Shown in pieces: positions 51,735-64,000 of a DNA stretch of 64,000 nucleotides. Numbering within the stretch: position 1 is the first letter of the stretch; every line of letters starts with the position of its first letter. The position numbers and the translations under genes were made by a program. Under the pieces are notes generated by a model. The model did not search any database and was not told where the DNA came from. It worked only from the letters and a program-made list of their open reading frames with translations. Source of the stretch: Massalongia carnosa (Eukaryota); the NCBI GenBank assembly GCA_965645245.1, contig OZ287069.1, positions 372,001 through 436,000 of the forward strand, given 5' to 3'.

Positions 51735-53352
51735 TTAATGCTGACTCCACTCAATACTGTCAAGCGCCACCCCCTCCTGCACCAACTCCCACAGCGGGCT
51801 CAGCTCCCGAAGAAAACTGACCCTCTCCCTTACCGCGTTCAAGACATAATCGACCTCGCCCTCAGTGGTGAAGCGGCCAATGCCGAAGCGGATGCTAGAG
51901 TGGGCGCTCTCGTCGCTGTTGCCGAGCGCGCGCAGCACGTAGCTGGGCTCCAGCGAGGCGGACGTGCACGCGCTGCCGCTGCTGAGCGCGATGTCCTTGA
52001 GCGCCATCAGCAGCGACTCGCCCTCCACGTACGCAAACGAGACGTTGACGCAGCCGGGGTAGAAGTGCTCCGGGGAGCCATTTTGCGACGTGTGTTCGAG
52101 AGCGAGGAGGCCGGTGAGGAGGCGGTTGGAGAGCGCGCGGATGCGGGCAGTATCGTACTGGAATGGGGAAAGGGGTTAGCGACTAAAAATCGGGAGATTC
52201 GTCATGCATAAAGGTAGAACTTACTGCCATTTCTTCCTTGGCGATGCGGCAGGCTTCGCCGAAACCGACGACGAGGGGCGGGGCTAGCGTTCCGCTTCGC
52301 AGGCCGCGCTCTTGGCCGCCGCCGCTGATGATGGGGTCGATTCTGACACGGGGTCGGCGCCGGACATAGCATGCTCCAATTCCCATCGGTCCGTAGATCT
52401 TATGTGCGGAAATAGACATCAGGTCCACGTTCCAGGCGTTGACATCGATGGGCAGTTTGCCCACGGCTTGCGCGGCGTCGGTGTGAAAAAAAACCTTCCT
52501 ACTGCGGCAAAGTTTACCGATTTCCTCCATAGGCTGAATGACACCGATCTCGTTGTTGACCGTCATGATGCTAACGAGGGCAGTGTCGGGGCGAATGGCG
52601 GCTTCCAGCTCCTTCATGTCCACCAAACCATTCTTTTGCACGGGGAGGTAGGTGACCTCGAAGCCTTCATCTTGGAGATGCCGACAGCTGTCTAGCACGC
52701 ATTTGTGCTCGGTTTGCGACGTGATGATGTGCTTCTTCTTGCCCGAGCGGCCGAAGAAGCGGGCCACGCCTTTGATGCTCATGTTGTTACTCTCTGTTGC
52801 GCCGCTAGTGAAGATGATTTCCTTGGCATCTGCGCCAATCAAGTTCGCAATGTGTTCTCGGGCTTGTTCAATAGCTTTTTCCGTCTCCCAACCATATGCG
52901 TGGGTTCTCGAATGCGGGTTTCCATATAAACCGGTGAAGTAGGGGAGCATAGCGTCGAGCACGCGAGGGTCGGTAGGGGTTGTGGCCTGCATATCGAGGT
53001 AGATAGGTCGCTGTCCTTTGTCCATGACTGTCGCTTGCTTAAGTATGCCAGCTGTTGGGTTCATCATGACATCGGCTGACATCCCCGTTCCGGGCATCTT
53101 GACCCTCTCGGGAAGCGCCCCTGTCTGCGCTGTGAAGGCATGATGATTTGCTTCAATGGCGGTATCAATGTTGACTTGCGCTCTGTCTACCTGTGAGCCG
53201 GCAACATAGCTTCTCTGGATTACTCGGTTCGCAGCGGCTATTCCGACTGGTCGGCCATGACGTACAGATCTCGCAACAGGATGTAAAGCTGATAGACAGT
53301 TTGCAGTCAGTCTCGTTGATTGCCTCAGCGCTATAGCCGCGAGATTCGACAT
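51735..53352 (-). CDS. NFS1: Mitochondrial cysteine desulfurase (2 exons)
   Basis: [58 protein letters not shown]-terminal WSQH. Confidence 0.97.
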
Positions 53353-54091
53353 CTCAGCGTTATGCTTGGTGAGAATTGCGGTGCAGAAAGATTCATGATA
53401 CGGCGAAATTGATACCGAGTACAGAGTACTGTGTTGAGAGAGGTTTCGCCTCTTTTTGTCATGAATCATGACAAAGGAATGACTAAGACCTTTGACCAAT
53501 CACTGTCCTTTTATCTTGTGAGCAGCTTAGGCTGTTAGGTAATCAGTTCATGTGAGCTTTGGACCTTTCAAGACTTCGATCCTGTATTCTACAGAAAGAG
53601 ATGGATTTGTCCACTTCTCTCGGTCGTTGACCCAAATATATAGAGCAGAGTTACAGACCATAGCGTACATGTACTCCGGATATCTACTCTGTAATGTTAA
53701 CGCTATATTCGCTTGCGGCTAGTGACGCTAGCAAAGCGGATTTCATGATGGTGCCGAAGCTGACGTTTCTTAATCAGTTAACAATAGTTTACAAATTATA
53801 GCAACAACAACTGATCGGGCTCTACCAGACTAAACGGCAGTGAGATTTTTATGTGATATGAGAAACTGCATCGTCGATGGAATTCTAGCAGACTGTATCC
53901 CCTCAGCCTTCCAAAAGCACCGGTGCCTTCAAGTCATTCCTCTAAATCCCATTGAGCTCCGCCAGACCTTTCAAATACGACGCAAGCAAACCTGAATAAG
54001 TCTTCTCAGAAAGGCAGTTCTCTCTTCCAACATCATATAGTATTGCAAAGAGAAACCGTGTTGCCTTAGGGTTGCTACAGGCGGGGGCGCA

Positions 54092-55789
54092 ATGAGTTTG
54101 AAGGGCTTCGGAAAAGCTGCTGTGAGAGTGAGTGCTTCTTCGATCCGGCACAGCCTAGTAGAAGACGCTTCAGACTAATACGCTTGTTCGATAGGCACCG
54201 CAAACGTTCAAACATAAATTCAATCTTGTATGTTCCAATCCTCTTTTTACCCTCACCAGCCGACAGCCCGGACTGATCAGCTGCTGCAATAGGGTGACAA
54301 TACCAAAGATGCTGTATATATCGATGCAGAGCGACGTTTTCAGGAGCTCGAGAAGGCATGTCTTATCAACAAAACGTTCATGAAATCTCCGATTAACCTA
54401 CCACATAGGAGACCAAGAAGCTACACGATGAATCGAAGAAGTGAGTTAGCTAGCTTCCTCGTGCCAATATTAAATTAACACTTTTAGATATTTCGATGCT
54501 ATTAATGGTGAAGTTTTCTTTGGATCCTTTGCATCTTGGTACACGGACAAGGAACTGACCAAAACAGGCATGCTGAACCATCAGATCGAGTTTTCTAAAG
54601 CCGTGCAGGAGATCTATAAGCCGATATCCGGTCGAGTCTCGGACCCTGACTCTTTGATACCAGAAGGTAACCCTGAGGGGATTCAAGCATGCGAAGAGTA
54701 CGAGAACATTGTGAGAGAACTACAAGCAACTCTCCAACCAGAATTGGAAATGATCCAAGCAAGAGTCATAGGCCCAGCCGACGAGCTTCTGAACGTCATC
54801 AAAGTCGTTCAAAAAGCTATTTTGAAACGCCAGCACAAGCAATTAGACTACGATCGGCACCGCGCCTCCTTCAAGAAAATACACGACAAAAAGGACAAAT
54901 CGCTCAAGGACGAAAAGGCGCTATACAAGGCCGAAAATGACATGGAGCAAGCGACGCAAGATTTCAATTACTTCAATGACCTCCTTAAGGACGAGCTACC
55001 TCAACTCTTCGCCCTGGAGGGCGAGCTCATCCGCCCGCTGTTTCAGTCATTCTACTATATGCAACTGAATGTCTTTTACACACTGCATGAACGCATGCAG
55101 AGCATCGACATCGGCTACTTCGATCTTACTCTCGACGTTGAGGCCGCCTTCGAGAATCAGCGCGGTTCTATCAAAGACCAAGTTGAAGCCCTTTCTATCG
55201 TCAAGTTCAAAGGGACTGGGGCTAGGAAACCACCTATAGCCCCGAAATATGGGGGCGGCAGGTTAGCCATCGAGGGCCGTCAATCCCTTGACAGCGCCCC
55301 ATCACGCCGGCAGACGCACGATTTCTCGGAAAACCCCCCGCCCCCGTACACGTCGCTCTCGCCACAGATGAACGGTGGGAAAAACTCGGCCATGATGCGC
55401 GCCAACAGCACCGGTAGCTCATGGGGCGCGGCAGCTAAGAAGAAAGGCGCGGCTCCCCCGCCGCCTAAACCTAAGCCTTTGCGATTGATGGCAGCCCCCA
55501 CGACGGAACGGGCCGAAGCGCTGTATGATTACGAGGCGCAGGTCGCGGGCGATTTGAGCTTTGCGACGGGCGACGTCATTGAAGTTTTGAAGCGCGGGGC
55601 GACTGAAAATGAATGGTGGACGGGAAGCGTACATGGCCGGGAAGGGCAATTTCCAGGTTCGTCCCTATCCCTACCGCACATGTTGATCCTCGAAGGGTCT
55701 TATCCATCAACCCGGATTTTTTGGGGGGCCTACAGTTTACTAAAAGAAAAACACCCCACATCACAGGCAATTACGTGCGCATATTATAG
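54092..55789 (+). CDS. RVS167: BAR-SH3 amphiphysin (Rvs167/Hob1-like), 7 exons including a GC-AG intron
   Basis: MSLKGFGKAAVR|APQTFK, YIDAERRFQELEK|ETKKLHDESKK, KRQHKQLDYDR, SH3 ALYDYEAQ..DLSF..WWTG..GQFP|GNYV. Confidence 0.9.
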
Positions 55790-56594
55790 CAGCGCTCTAC
55801 CCTTCATTATCTCGCTCTCCCTCTACTCCCCCAACATCTCCCCTAACGAGCCGCGCAAGAGCTACGTTTCTAGCCTCCTTCTCAGTCAAGCTCCTAAGCA
55901 TTCGGCATCAAGCATCAAAACAACGTCAACCCACCTCTTCCAATCCCCCAAGTATCCCTAAAATTTATCCAAATACTCGTCTTCTCTCGGCATAGGAAAA
56001 TATCAGCACCGATTGTAGTATGTATGTATACATGCAGATCCGTCACCGCAGAAGTTCTTCGTGTTGGGAAAGCATAGAAAGCGCACGGATAGGGTAGGGG
56101 GGGGAAGGTAGGTTGCGCCGGGATTAGCTAGGAGTGGGTGACTGGTCGAGTTGGGTAGAAACGATAATTGGTCTTGGTACCTACGTATTTTCTCTATTTA
56201 GCACAGCGGTAGGTAGGTAATGCAGAGTAAACGGATCACAGAAACCAGTATCTAGCCTTTAATTTGTTTGGGATTTTCATGTACATAGGTGTACGTGTAT
56301 GTGTACCTTGTAATTAGTTACAGCAAGTTATATAAAGCATTGATTTATCTAAATGGCAGGTAGGTAATCCACGACTTCGTCCCTTCATTAGCTTCGAGGC
56401 TGGAAAGAACTCCCTAATGGGCCCTCCCCCCCCCCAACCTCCCAACATAGCTCCAAAGGAAAAAGAGGTTAGGCACCAAAATGCCCATGTCTATTTACGC
56501 TACAAATCCATCCCTCATACATGGTAGAGACACGCACTGTCCCACTCCCTTAACTCTCCCTTCTCCAAACCCCCCTTATTCTCCCGGGAAAGGT

Positions 56595-58695
56595 TCAGTC
56601 CCACCGCTCCTCTTCCACTAAGCCCATACCCCTCGCCACCTTCCGAATCAGGGCTTTCTTGAGGAATTCCTCGCGGGCTAGACTTCGCGTTTGCTGCACG
56701 GAAGCAAAACCACGGTGCAGAGCATTAGCAACCAACCCAAGCAACCAGAATGACTGAAATGAATGAAGTTTGTGAAACCGTAGGTTTAGTAAAACTCTGC
56801 GAGCTGCAAAATTGCTCAAAATTCAAATGAAACATACCTTGGCCCAAATGTCTCCCCCGATCCTCCCCCGATCCAAAGCCTTCCCCACCACACGCCGACA
56901 CTCCTCTAGACTGCGCTCATCAGCCACCAGCTCATACAGCTGCCCAGCCACCACCGTTGGTGCTACAAGCACATCATCCACCGCAGGAACATCCCTATGC
57001 TTTGCGTCTTCCATCACTTTGTCAGCATCGCGCATCGCCTGGTGGAGGATCTCCTCGTTGGACGCAAGTAAGGGGTCGAGGTTGTTGAGCTGGGCGATTT
57101 CGCGGTTGAAGGCCGCTAAAGTGGCATGTAGGGCGGCCTGTTGGGCTTGGAGGGGAGGGATCGCAGTGACATTCGCGGCGTGGGTGGAGTGGATTTGCTG
57201 CGTGAGAGTCTGGGAGAGGGCGGCGAGAAGGGCGTCTTTTTCGGGGTTGGGTGGGATTGGAGGAGGGGCGATGTTGGTGGTTATCGCTGGGAGAGGCGTT
57301 TCAAATGGAGAAGTTAGGAGGTCTTCTGTTAGTTTTGGTTTGAAAGGCTGTTGTTGTTGGGGATGGGGTTGGGGTTGTTGGAGTGGATGATTTAGCGAGA
57401 TGGGGTTCGGTGGATAGAGAGGATAATTGAGTTTTTGGTAAGGGGGGCTGTGTGTATCCTGGTGGTATTGTATATTACTTTGGCCTATGACACTTTCAGG
57501 CAATCGTGGTGGCGGCAGGCCTTGGACGGAATATGGCCTTTGAGGCTGCCTCGAGCTTGAACCGCTGTCCGCTAGCTGCCGAGGAGGCGTGAGTGGACTG
57601 ACGGGACTGTACGAGTCTTGCCGTAACTCTTGATTTTGACGATGTATTGGATGATGATTTGAGGGGCCTGGGGATTTTTCTATCTGCAGGCTACTGGTCC
57701 TTTGTGGTAGATCTAGAGCGATGTAATCCTTCTGGGATTCTTTCTGAATCTGTCCATAATCTTTTGCTACTTTCCCTGGGTGTGGAGGCACTGGCGGGGC
57801 TCCATTAACTGAAGTTATGTGAGCCTGCGGCCAAGAAACGAATGGTTTTGGGGGGGGGGGCGGAGGCCTAGATTCGGAGCCTAGTGGATTTTGAAATTGT
57901 ACATTGCGAGCATTAGGTTTCCCAAGCTCAGGGGGTAGAGGAGGGACCGGTGGAGGTGCTACGTTTGGGTTTGATGAAGGAGCGAGCTGTGATATGAATT
58001 CTGGCCGTGAGAAGACTGGGGGCTCTCGCGCGAAGACTTCTTGCATGATGGAAAGAAACTCTAAGATGGTGGATCGCTTTGGGCTTGTTAGTGATTGTTA
58101 TGTTATGCTTCTTCGACAGCCATTTCCAAATTTAAAAGAGCTTCTAGATTGTATGCGAATATGTGGAGACTCGTTTTCTTCAAGAACGGCTGGAACTCAC
58201 TCACATCCTCCCTCCATCCTGCAAGATATGGATGGTATACCCTCCCTTCTCCGCTTACATACTGTCCGGGCCTAACCGCCATGCTCTTCGTTGGAACCAC
58301 TAAGTTTATCGGGACAGCTCTTGGATATTCATGGGGAACCCATATTGAAATGGGAAACATATAGGTTGTGCCCCGGAAATTGACTGGCAGCGTTCCTGAA
58401 AGGTTTAGGAGAAGCGCTGACCGTCCATTCTCGTATGCTATACTACATCAGCATTGTGAGCATTTATCCTGCACTCTTCGATACCCTTGCACCAACGTAC
58501 TGTACACATCTGTCCGAGGGGAAAGGTTGGGATTTTGGAATAGGGTTTGGGCGACGTCGGTGTAGGTTCGGTTGACATCATGATACTCCTATAGCCCGTC
58601 AGTGGCTCATACGACTCAATTGCATACTTCAGAGTGCTGACGCCTGTGAGAACATTGTAAAGCCAATTCAACGTCTTCTGGGGTACAGGGCCCAT
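56595..58695 (-). CDS. VPS23: ESCRT-I subunit Vps23/Tsg101 (UEV domain, Pro-rich linker, SB domain)
   Basis: PRTDVYTYENG..LSGTLPVNFRGTTYMFPISIWVP, GRVYHPYL, PPIPPNPEKDALL, QLYELVADER, TRSLAREEFLKKAL. Confidence 0.94.
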
Positions 58696-60116
58696 CGCAA
58701 TGGCAATATGAGGCCTCCGATGGGATAGTCATCCAGATGCAGCGCTGCAGAGCATCGTCGGCTTCCTAAGAATCCGATCGGTTCAGCTACCCAGTTTTGG
58801 TCCTCTAACCCATGGCTACAATATTTCTCTGGAATGGCGCCGAATTGAAGCTGAGACAAAGATCTGCTTCCATACCTCTCCCTTCGGGCCGATTCCAGAC
58901 GTCACCTTACCAGCAACAAAGTTATTCCGAGTATGCTTTCGGTGATGTAAGTTATACATGCCTCCTGGATTCCAACACCCAGACTAAAACTAAATCACTT
59001 ATAGCATGCCTACACCGGTTTGTGAGAGCATCTCAAGATAGGATATGAACAGGAGCACTGTGCGACCGGTACCAGCTTTGTATTCTGAAGACTAAAAGTA
59101 TCGTCCCCGCCACCCTCGCTATCACGCTCTCCAATGCACCCGTTTTCGATTATTTCCCCTCTTTTATGCTCTCAAGGATCGGAAGTGGTGCTGGCGAGGA
59201 GCTGCTAGCTCCAACCATAGCATATGTCTGCATTGATCTGACATTAATGCAAGAGCTGACCACCTTGAGTTTTTACCACCCACAATGCCAGATCGTGTTA
59301 ACCTTACAATATCCGATGAGGTCGAAAACTATTATCGGACCTATATTTATCTAGCTTCAAGACTGTATAACCCTATATCGATCCGGAGAAGATCCTATGA
59401 AGGGTATATGCCCAATGAAGGACCATGGTGAAGCGACAGTCAGGGTAAGGGCCACAGGATATTTTCCTTTGGGATTAATCAGATAGATCACAAAAATTGA
59501 CTTGGTTACTTGTATCTATTTGTACTTCTTTCGCGTTTCTTCTCTATTGCTTGTGCAGGAAGCCATCAGGACGTAATTGCCCCTTTCGTGATAAAAAAAA
59601 TCATCCTGGGATTGTATTTTCTTTTCCTTTTTCTTTTCCCCTCCCACTACTATGAATTGTTTTTCCATGAATTTTTTCGATTTTTTCTTAGGAGTCTTAA
59701 TCTAAATATAAGCCATGGAGGTTTTTTATTAATAAGAAAAGAACATCTATCAAGGAATACAGTGTAAAATCAAGTATTTAAATTCTCACAATCAAGAAAA
59801 ACAAATCTCACTAAGAATATTGAGATAGACAGGACAAGCGGCAAAATTTCTAAGCTTGAAGACAGAAAGACTTATAACGAAACTGCTGTACTATCCCGCC
59901 CTGGATGGACTGTGAGTCCAGCATATAAACAAAAAGGAAAAGCTGTCGAGGAGGAACGGCTACAGCTGTGGTCTCGATGTTGGAAAAGGCGGCTGCCCCT
60001 AATTAGCGAATCAACTACTAAGGGGAAAACATAATCTTGTGGCTGCATATTCGTTATCTAATATCTTTATCCATACATACGGATAATCTAAGATCCTCCA
60101 ATCATGCCCATGAACT

Positions 60117-60745
60117 TTACCATAATAAGCAATTCACATCCGTTGACAATCTAACAATTATCTAAAACTTCAACCGTTTCCCCTCAAAGCTGCCTATCGC
60201 TTCCGTGCCTAGTGCTTATAGCAACCTATTCAACAGTTCAAATACACTCAGATTTTCAGCTCTCTCTTTCTGTAAAGATCTTCTTGCAATCTCTCCAATC
60301 TTTAATCGACCAACTCCATCAGACGCGGTGTCGCAAGAGAATCTCGATGGATTTGTTGGCGGCGTTGTGACGAAGAGAAGTGGGGCTCCTGAAGCGTTTT
60401 ATTTTGTAGTCGAGCGACGTTGTTATTCTCGCAGGAAGGGTTCATCTCAGTGCTTTCGTGTCGTGATACCGTATATATGCTTTACAAGAGGAAGGGCTTA
60501 CTTGACCTCGATCTCGGTCTTGATTGCATCAAATCCTTCACCCATGCCATGAAACCGCCTATTCATGGCATCAAACAGTCTACCAATAATAGCAAATCGT
60601 CCATCGATACTATCAAGGCGTTGTTCAATACGAACGGTATCTATCGCTTTGCCGGACCGCTGGGACATTGACGCGTTTTACCAGTTCGGGAGCGAGTCGA
60701 GATCAGATCGAGGTCTGGCTACGGTTGAGGGAGATTTGGCGCCAT
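60117..60745 (-). pseudogene. Decayed gene for a small coiled-coil (heptad F/I-D-x-x-D-x-R) protein
   Basis: MAPNLPQP*PDLD..., IEQRLDSIDGRFAIIGRLFDAMNRRFHGMGEGFDAIKTEIEV, a GTAAGC intron, NNVARLQN and LNRLL*ALG. Several stops and frameshifts. Confidence 0.6.
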
Positions 60746-62006
60746 TGCTAGGGGCGAATTTGCGAGGTTCTGGGGGAATTGGAGATGGAAGTTTGGAATC
60801 TAGGATGTGGGTAACGTGCCCTATATTGAAAAAAAAAGGTTTTTTTTATGCCCTCCCGCCTCCCTAACTTTATCAGGTTTTGATCACGGACCCGAAGGGA
60901 GGGGGCCGACAGGTTGGAAATCTCCTTTCCAGGCCCATCACCAGAATCTCCCATTTACTGACTCCTCCCTTCCCCCTCTACCCTCCCATCGGCTGCTTTT
61001 TACATAAACGTTCCGAAGGTTAAAAGAACCCGCTCTATCGTCTACCATTCCTTTCATCCATCCATCCACAGTCATTCAGTCTCCCCTTTGTTCGGTAACT
61101 TGGCGCCTCTGTCCTCCTTCCTTTTCATCTTGTTTCTTTTCATGCTTTCCCTGTCTACATGACTACCCGCCTGTTTAACCTATCTACCCTTTTTTTTGGT
61201 AGTGAGGATTTCCGCTGGGCGGAGCGCCGGGGGAAAGAGAGCTAGAAGCAGAGGAGGTGGATGAATAGGGAGGAGAGTTAGTGAGGGAAGGAGAAGGAGA
61301 TGGGCTACGTCAGGCTTGAAATTATTTTAAAAATATTGGGGGAGAGGGGATGGACAAAAACAATCTCGGAGCTGGGAGGTTATAAAGGAAAAATCAATAG
61401 TTAAAGATCAATCATTCTTGAACAGATGAGGAGAAATGGAATATATTGAATGTTTCGGTATATCTACTATTTAGCTACAAGCCACCATAGCATTTTATGA
61501 TATGGAATAACTATCAACCATGATGACTAGATAGCCAGCTATTCAAACTCAGTGCAACGACAAGAAAAAATTTCATCAAAAGGTTTCAGACAGCCAGCAC
61601 AAGTGTCAAAAGTCCCAGACTTGGGACCAGAAAAATATACAATCCACAGCATAACAACAAACATGGGCGTTTCAACAGCGCTAAGTTAGAATCATGAGAA
61701 AAATCAACAACGAAGCTTTCATAGTATGGATAATATCCAAAATCGAGTGTTCCTCTCAAATGGTTTTGACACAAAGCTGGTCCTTCAGGGAATCCATGAG
61801 AAAGAAGTCCGAAAATCGTCCAGGAAGGATCCAAACCATAAGTCAAGCAACAACAGAAAATTATCATGACCGCTGTCATGACCACTATCATAAATGCGCA
61901 GGCTGGGAACTGCGACTTCCTCCTGTAGTTTTTCCAGTCATTATGGACTTTGCATAATCATAACACGTCACTACACATGCATCCCAAAAACATATAAAGA
62001 ATAATG

Positions 62007-63938
62007 TTAGTGAGCTAGTCGGCTGGCTTCATGCCGACGAATCCTCAGGCCAATGGTACGCAGAACTTCATAATTAGCATTGATTTGCTCTGAAGCGACG
62101 GCGTCGTTTGGTTCCAATTTTTCCAAGTCAGCTTTAATAGCAGCCTTTGTGTCATGCCACTCTTTATCCATGGACAGTCGTTGCTTTCCCTGGAATGTAG
62201 CCGGCGCAATTATCTTACTTGCCTTTACCGGTGCTTTTGAGCACTGAACAAGCTTTGCACGCTTTACACCTTCTGAATGGGAAGAGCTGGAAGTTCGCCG
62301 CTTGGCCGGAATGCCATGATATGATGAGCTGGCCGACGAGGGTGTTGGGGAGCTGCTGCCAGTAGAAGATGCTGGGCCAGTATAATCATGAACTCTCTTC
62401 ATGTGATCACCTAGGTTCCAACGGCGTGGGAAGCCATTTCCAGGCGTTGAGCGCTCACAGTCCGGAAAATGACAAAGATGAGGTTTTTCGCCATGGCCAT
62501 GCATTCCATGGGCTTCTCTTTCGTGGCGCAACAGACACGCAGTAGAAGAGAAGGGAACTTCAACACAAGAAGGAACCTTGCAACGATATGGCTTGAGGTG
62601 AGAATCCAGATGCTTGCTGGAAGATTTGGTTAGTATTTTCAAGGATAGGAAAATGACTGGAAATCTTACTCATAATTGCATTTCAGCTTCTGGGGCTTAT
62701 GGGTGCAATCCTCTGAAATTGCAAACGGACAATGATAAAGATTATCTTTCCCAGGCCCAACTTGGTAAAGTGCGTTTTCCCGAGCGGTGGTAGTTTCTCC
62801 TTCGCTTGACCTTCTTTGGACCGGAAATGTGGATGCCATGCACACTTGGCCTGGAAATTCACCCTGGGGCCATGAATCCATATTCGAAAGCACTGGGCGC
62901 TGGGGTAACCCTATAGGCTTCAAAGTACTGCATATTTCGTCAGATCAAGCAAGCATATCACTATTGCTGAACAAACCTAATATCTGTGCTACCTTCTGTG
63001 TAAACCGTAGGTGGGAATTCCATAGCATCACCAATACTGAAGTGTTGGTACACCCCTCCCTCTTCCTCATAGGTTCCTCGTTGTGTAGCATGCCAAGTAT
63101 CTTCCTGAAGAGCTGGTGACATAGGTGCATTTGGCAATGCTACTAGGGTACTGCTTTGGGACAAAGAAGAAGATACAGAAGGGTCAACAGCTAGCAAAGG
63201 AGACCAGGCCGCAGGTTGAGAACCACATGGAATAGCCGCGCTCAGTATTTCATCACCTGCCTGGAACGGCGCTGCTGACCATGTTGAGCAAAGTCCAGAT
63301 TCATCGGCGACGCAAGCAGCATGAACGGTTGCGGAGCTAGAAAACAGTGAATCACCATTCAAAGGTACCTGGTATGGCCATAGATCATGAGAGTACTGTT
63401 CTCTTAGAAAACTCATGTTGCCATCAAAGTCAAGGCCTTGGGAGAAATCCAGACTTGAGTCTAGTCTTGCAGCAGCATTGGCTGTACACGTATCATCATA
63501 AGTCATCATTGATCCATGGGCTCCGGAAATCTGGGTAGAATGCTGCAAAGAAAGATGAGAAACAGCAGAACGCGAAAGAGAAAAGGATCCGGATATTTCT
63601 GGCTCCACACAGGGTAGCGACGGGTCAAATCCATTACTTACACCAGACTGATCAGGAGGTGTAGAGTGCAGAAAAGCATCTGATCCAGATGTGCTGTTAG
63701 CAACCCATTGTTCGACCTTGGCCGGATTGAAGAACGTTCTGTGCTCCGAACTATGATCCCGATTTGGCACAATAGAGCTGTTCCGGAGTGGACAATATTC
63801 ATTCGGGTAACTTTCATGGGGAATCACAAGAGAATCTTGCTCCATCGGATGATTCAAAGGCTTTAGAACTTGCGTCGAAGGGGTCTTCTCACGGACACAA
63901 CTCCCAGAAGGCGAACTATTCTTCCTACGGATAGCCAT
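62007..63938 (-). CDS. C2H2 zinc-finger transcription factor (3 exons)
   Basis: YHCPF..C..KLKCNY|DKHLDSHLKPYRC..C..FSSTACLLRHEREAH..C..C..FPRRWNLGDHMKRVH. Confidence 0.92.
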
Positions 63939-64000
63939 GCTAGATGTATTTGTTTTGGCTGAGGTTGAAGATGAATTGGTTTTGCAGTGGCTAAATCCAA

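Noticed and set aside
51657..52211. 184-aa plus-strand ORF and similar antisense ORFs over GC-rich genes
   Set aside because: Shadow ORFs produced by the codon bias of the real gene (NFS1) on the opposite strand.
46414..53352. KTI12 and NFS1 (both act in wobble-U34 tRNA modification) close together; likewise trpC with IDO, and ARP2/RVS167/VPS23
   Set aside because: Unrelated genes intervene and no shared regulatory motif is visible. Chance proximity of housekeeping genes is sufficient.
59100..59460. Weakly coding-looking stretch upstream of VPS23
   Set aside because: Short frames with stops and no identifiable family; cannot support a pseudogene call.

Overview
Intron-rich eukaryotic DNA from a filamentous ascomycete (Pezizomycotina; short GT-AG introns with CTRAY branch sites). 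No prokaryotic features, CRISPR, rRNA or intact tRNA were found. The left 3.4 kb holds a truncated Mutator-like (MULE) transposase fragment abutting an apparently intact 2.7-kb MULE with TIRs, followed by a small secreted protein with an 8-Cys hydrophobin-like pattern. The rest is mostly conserved housekeeping genes: ARP2, an aldo-keto reductase, a BRCT-WGR protein, trpC, NUP188, MIC10, URB2, an NCS1 permease, two F-box proteins, KTI12, IDO/BNA2, a CsbD-like protein, NFS1, an RVS167-like protein, VPS23 and a C2H2 transcription factor. Three decayed genes lie among them (OYE-type oxidoreductase, SDR, coiled-coil protein). I see no clearly new multi-gene system. The best leads are a 41-aa micro-ORF with its own spliced leader, the atypically spaced hydrophobin-like protein, uORFs in the IDO leader, a hairpin inside a long intron, recurrent C-to-G skew flips, and odd splice sites. 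All gene models and family calls were made by eye without database searches.
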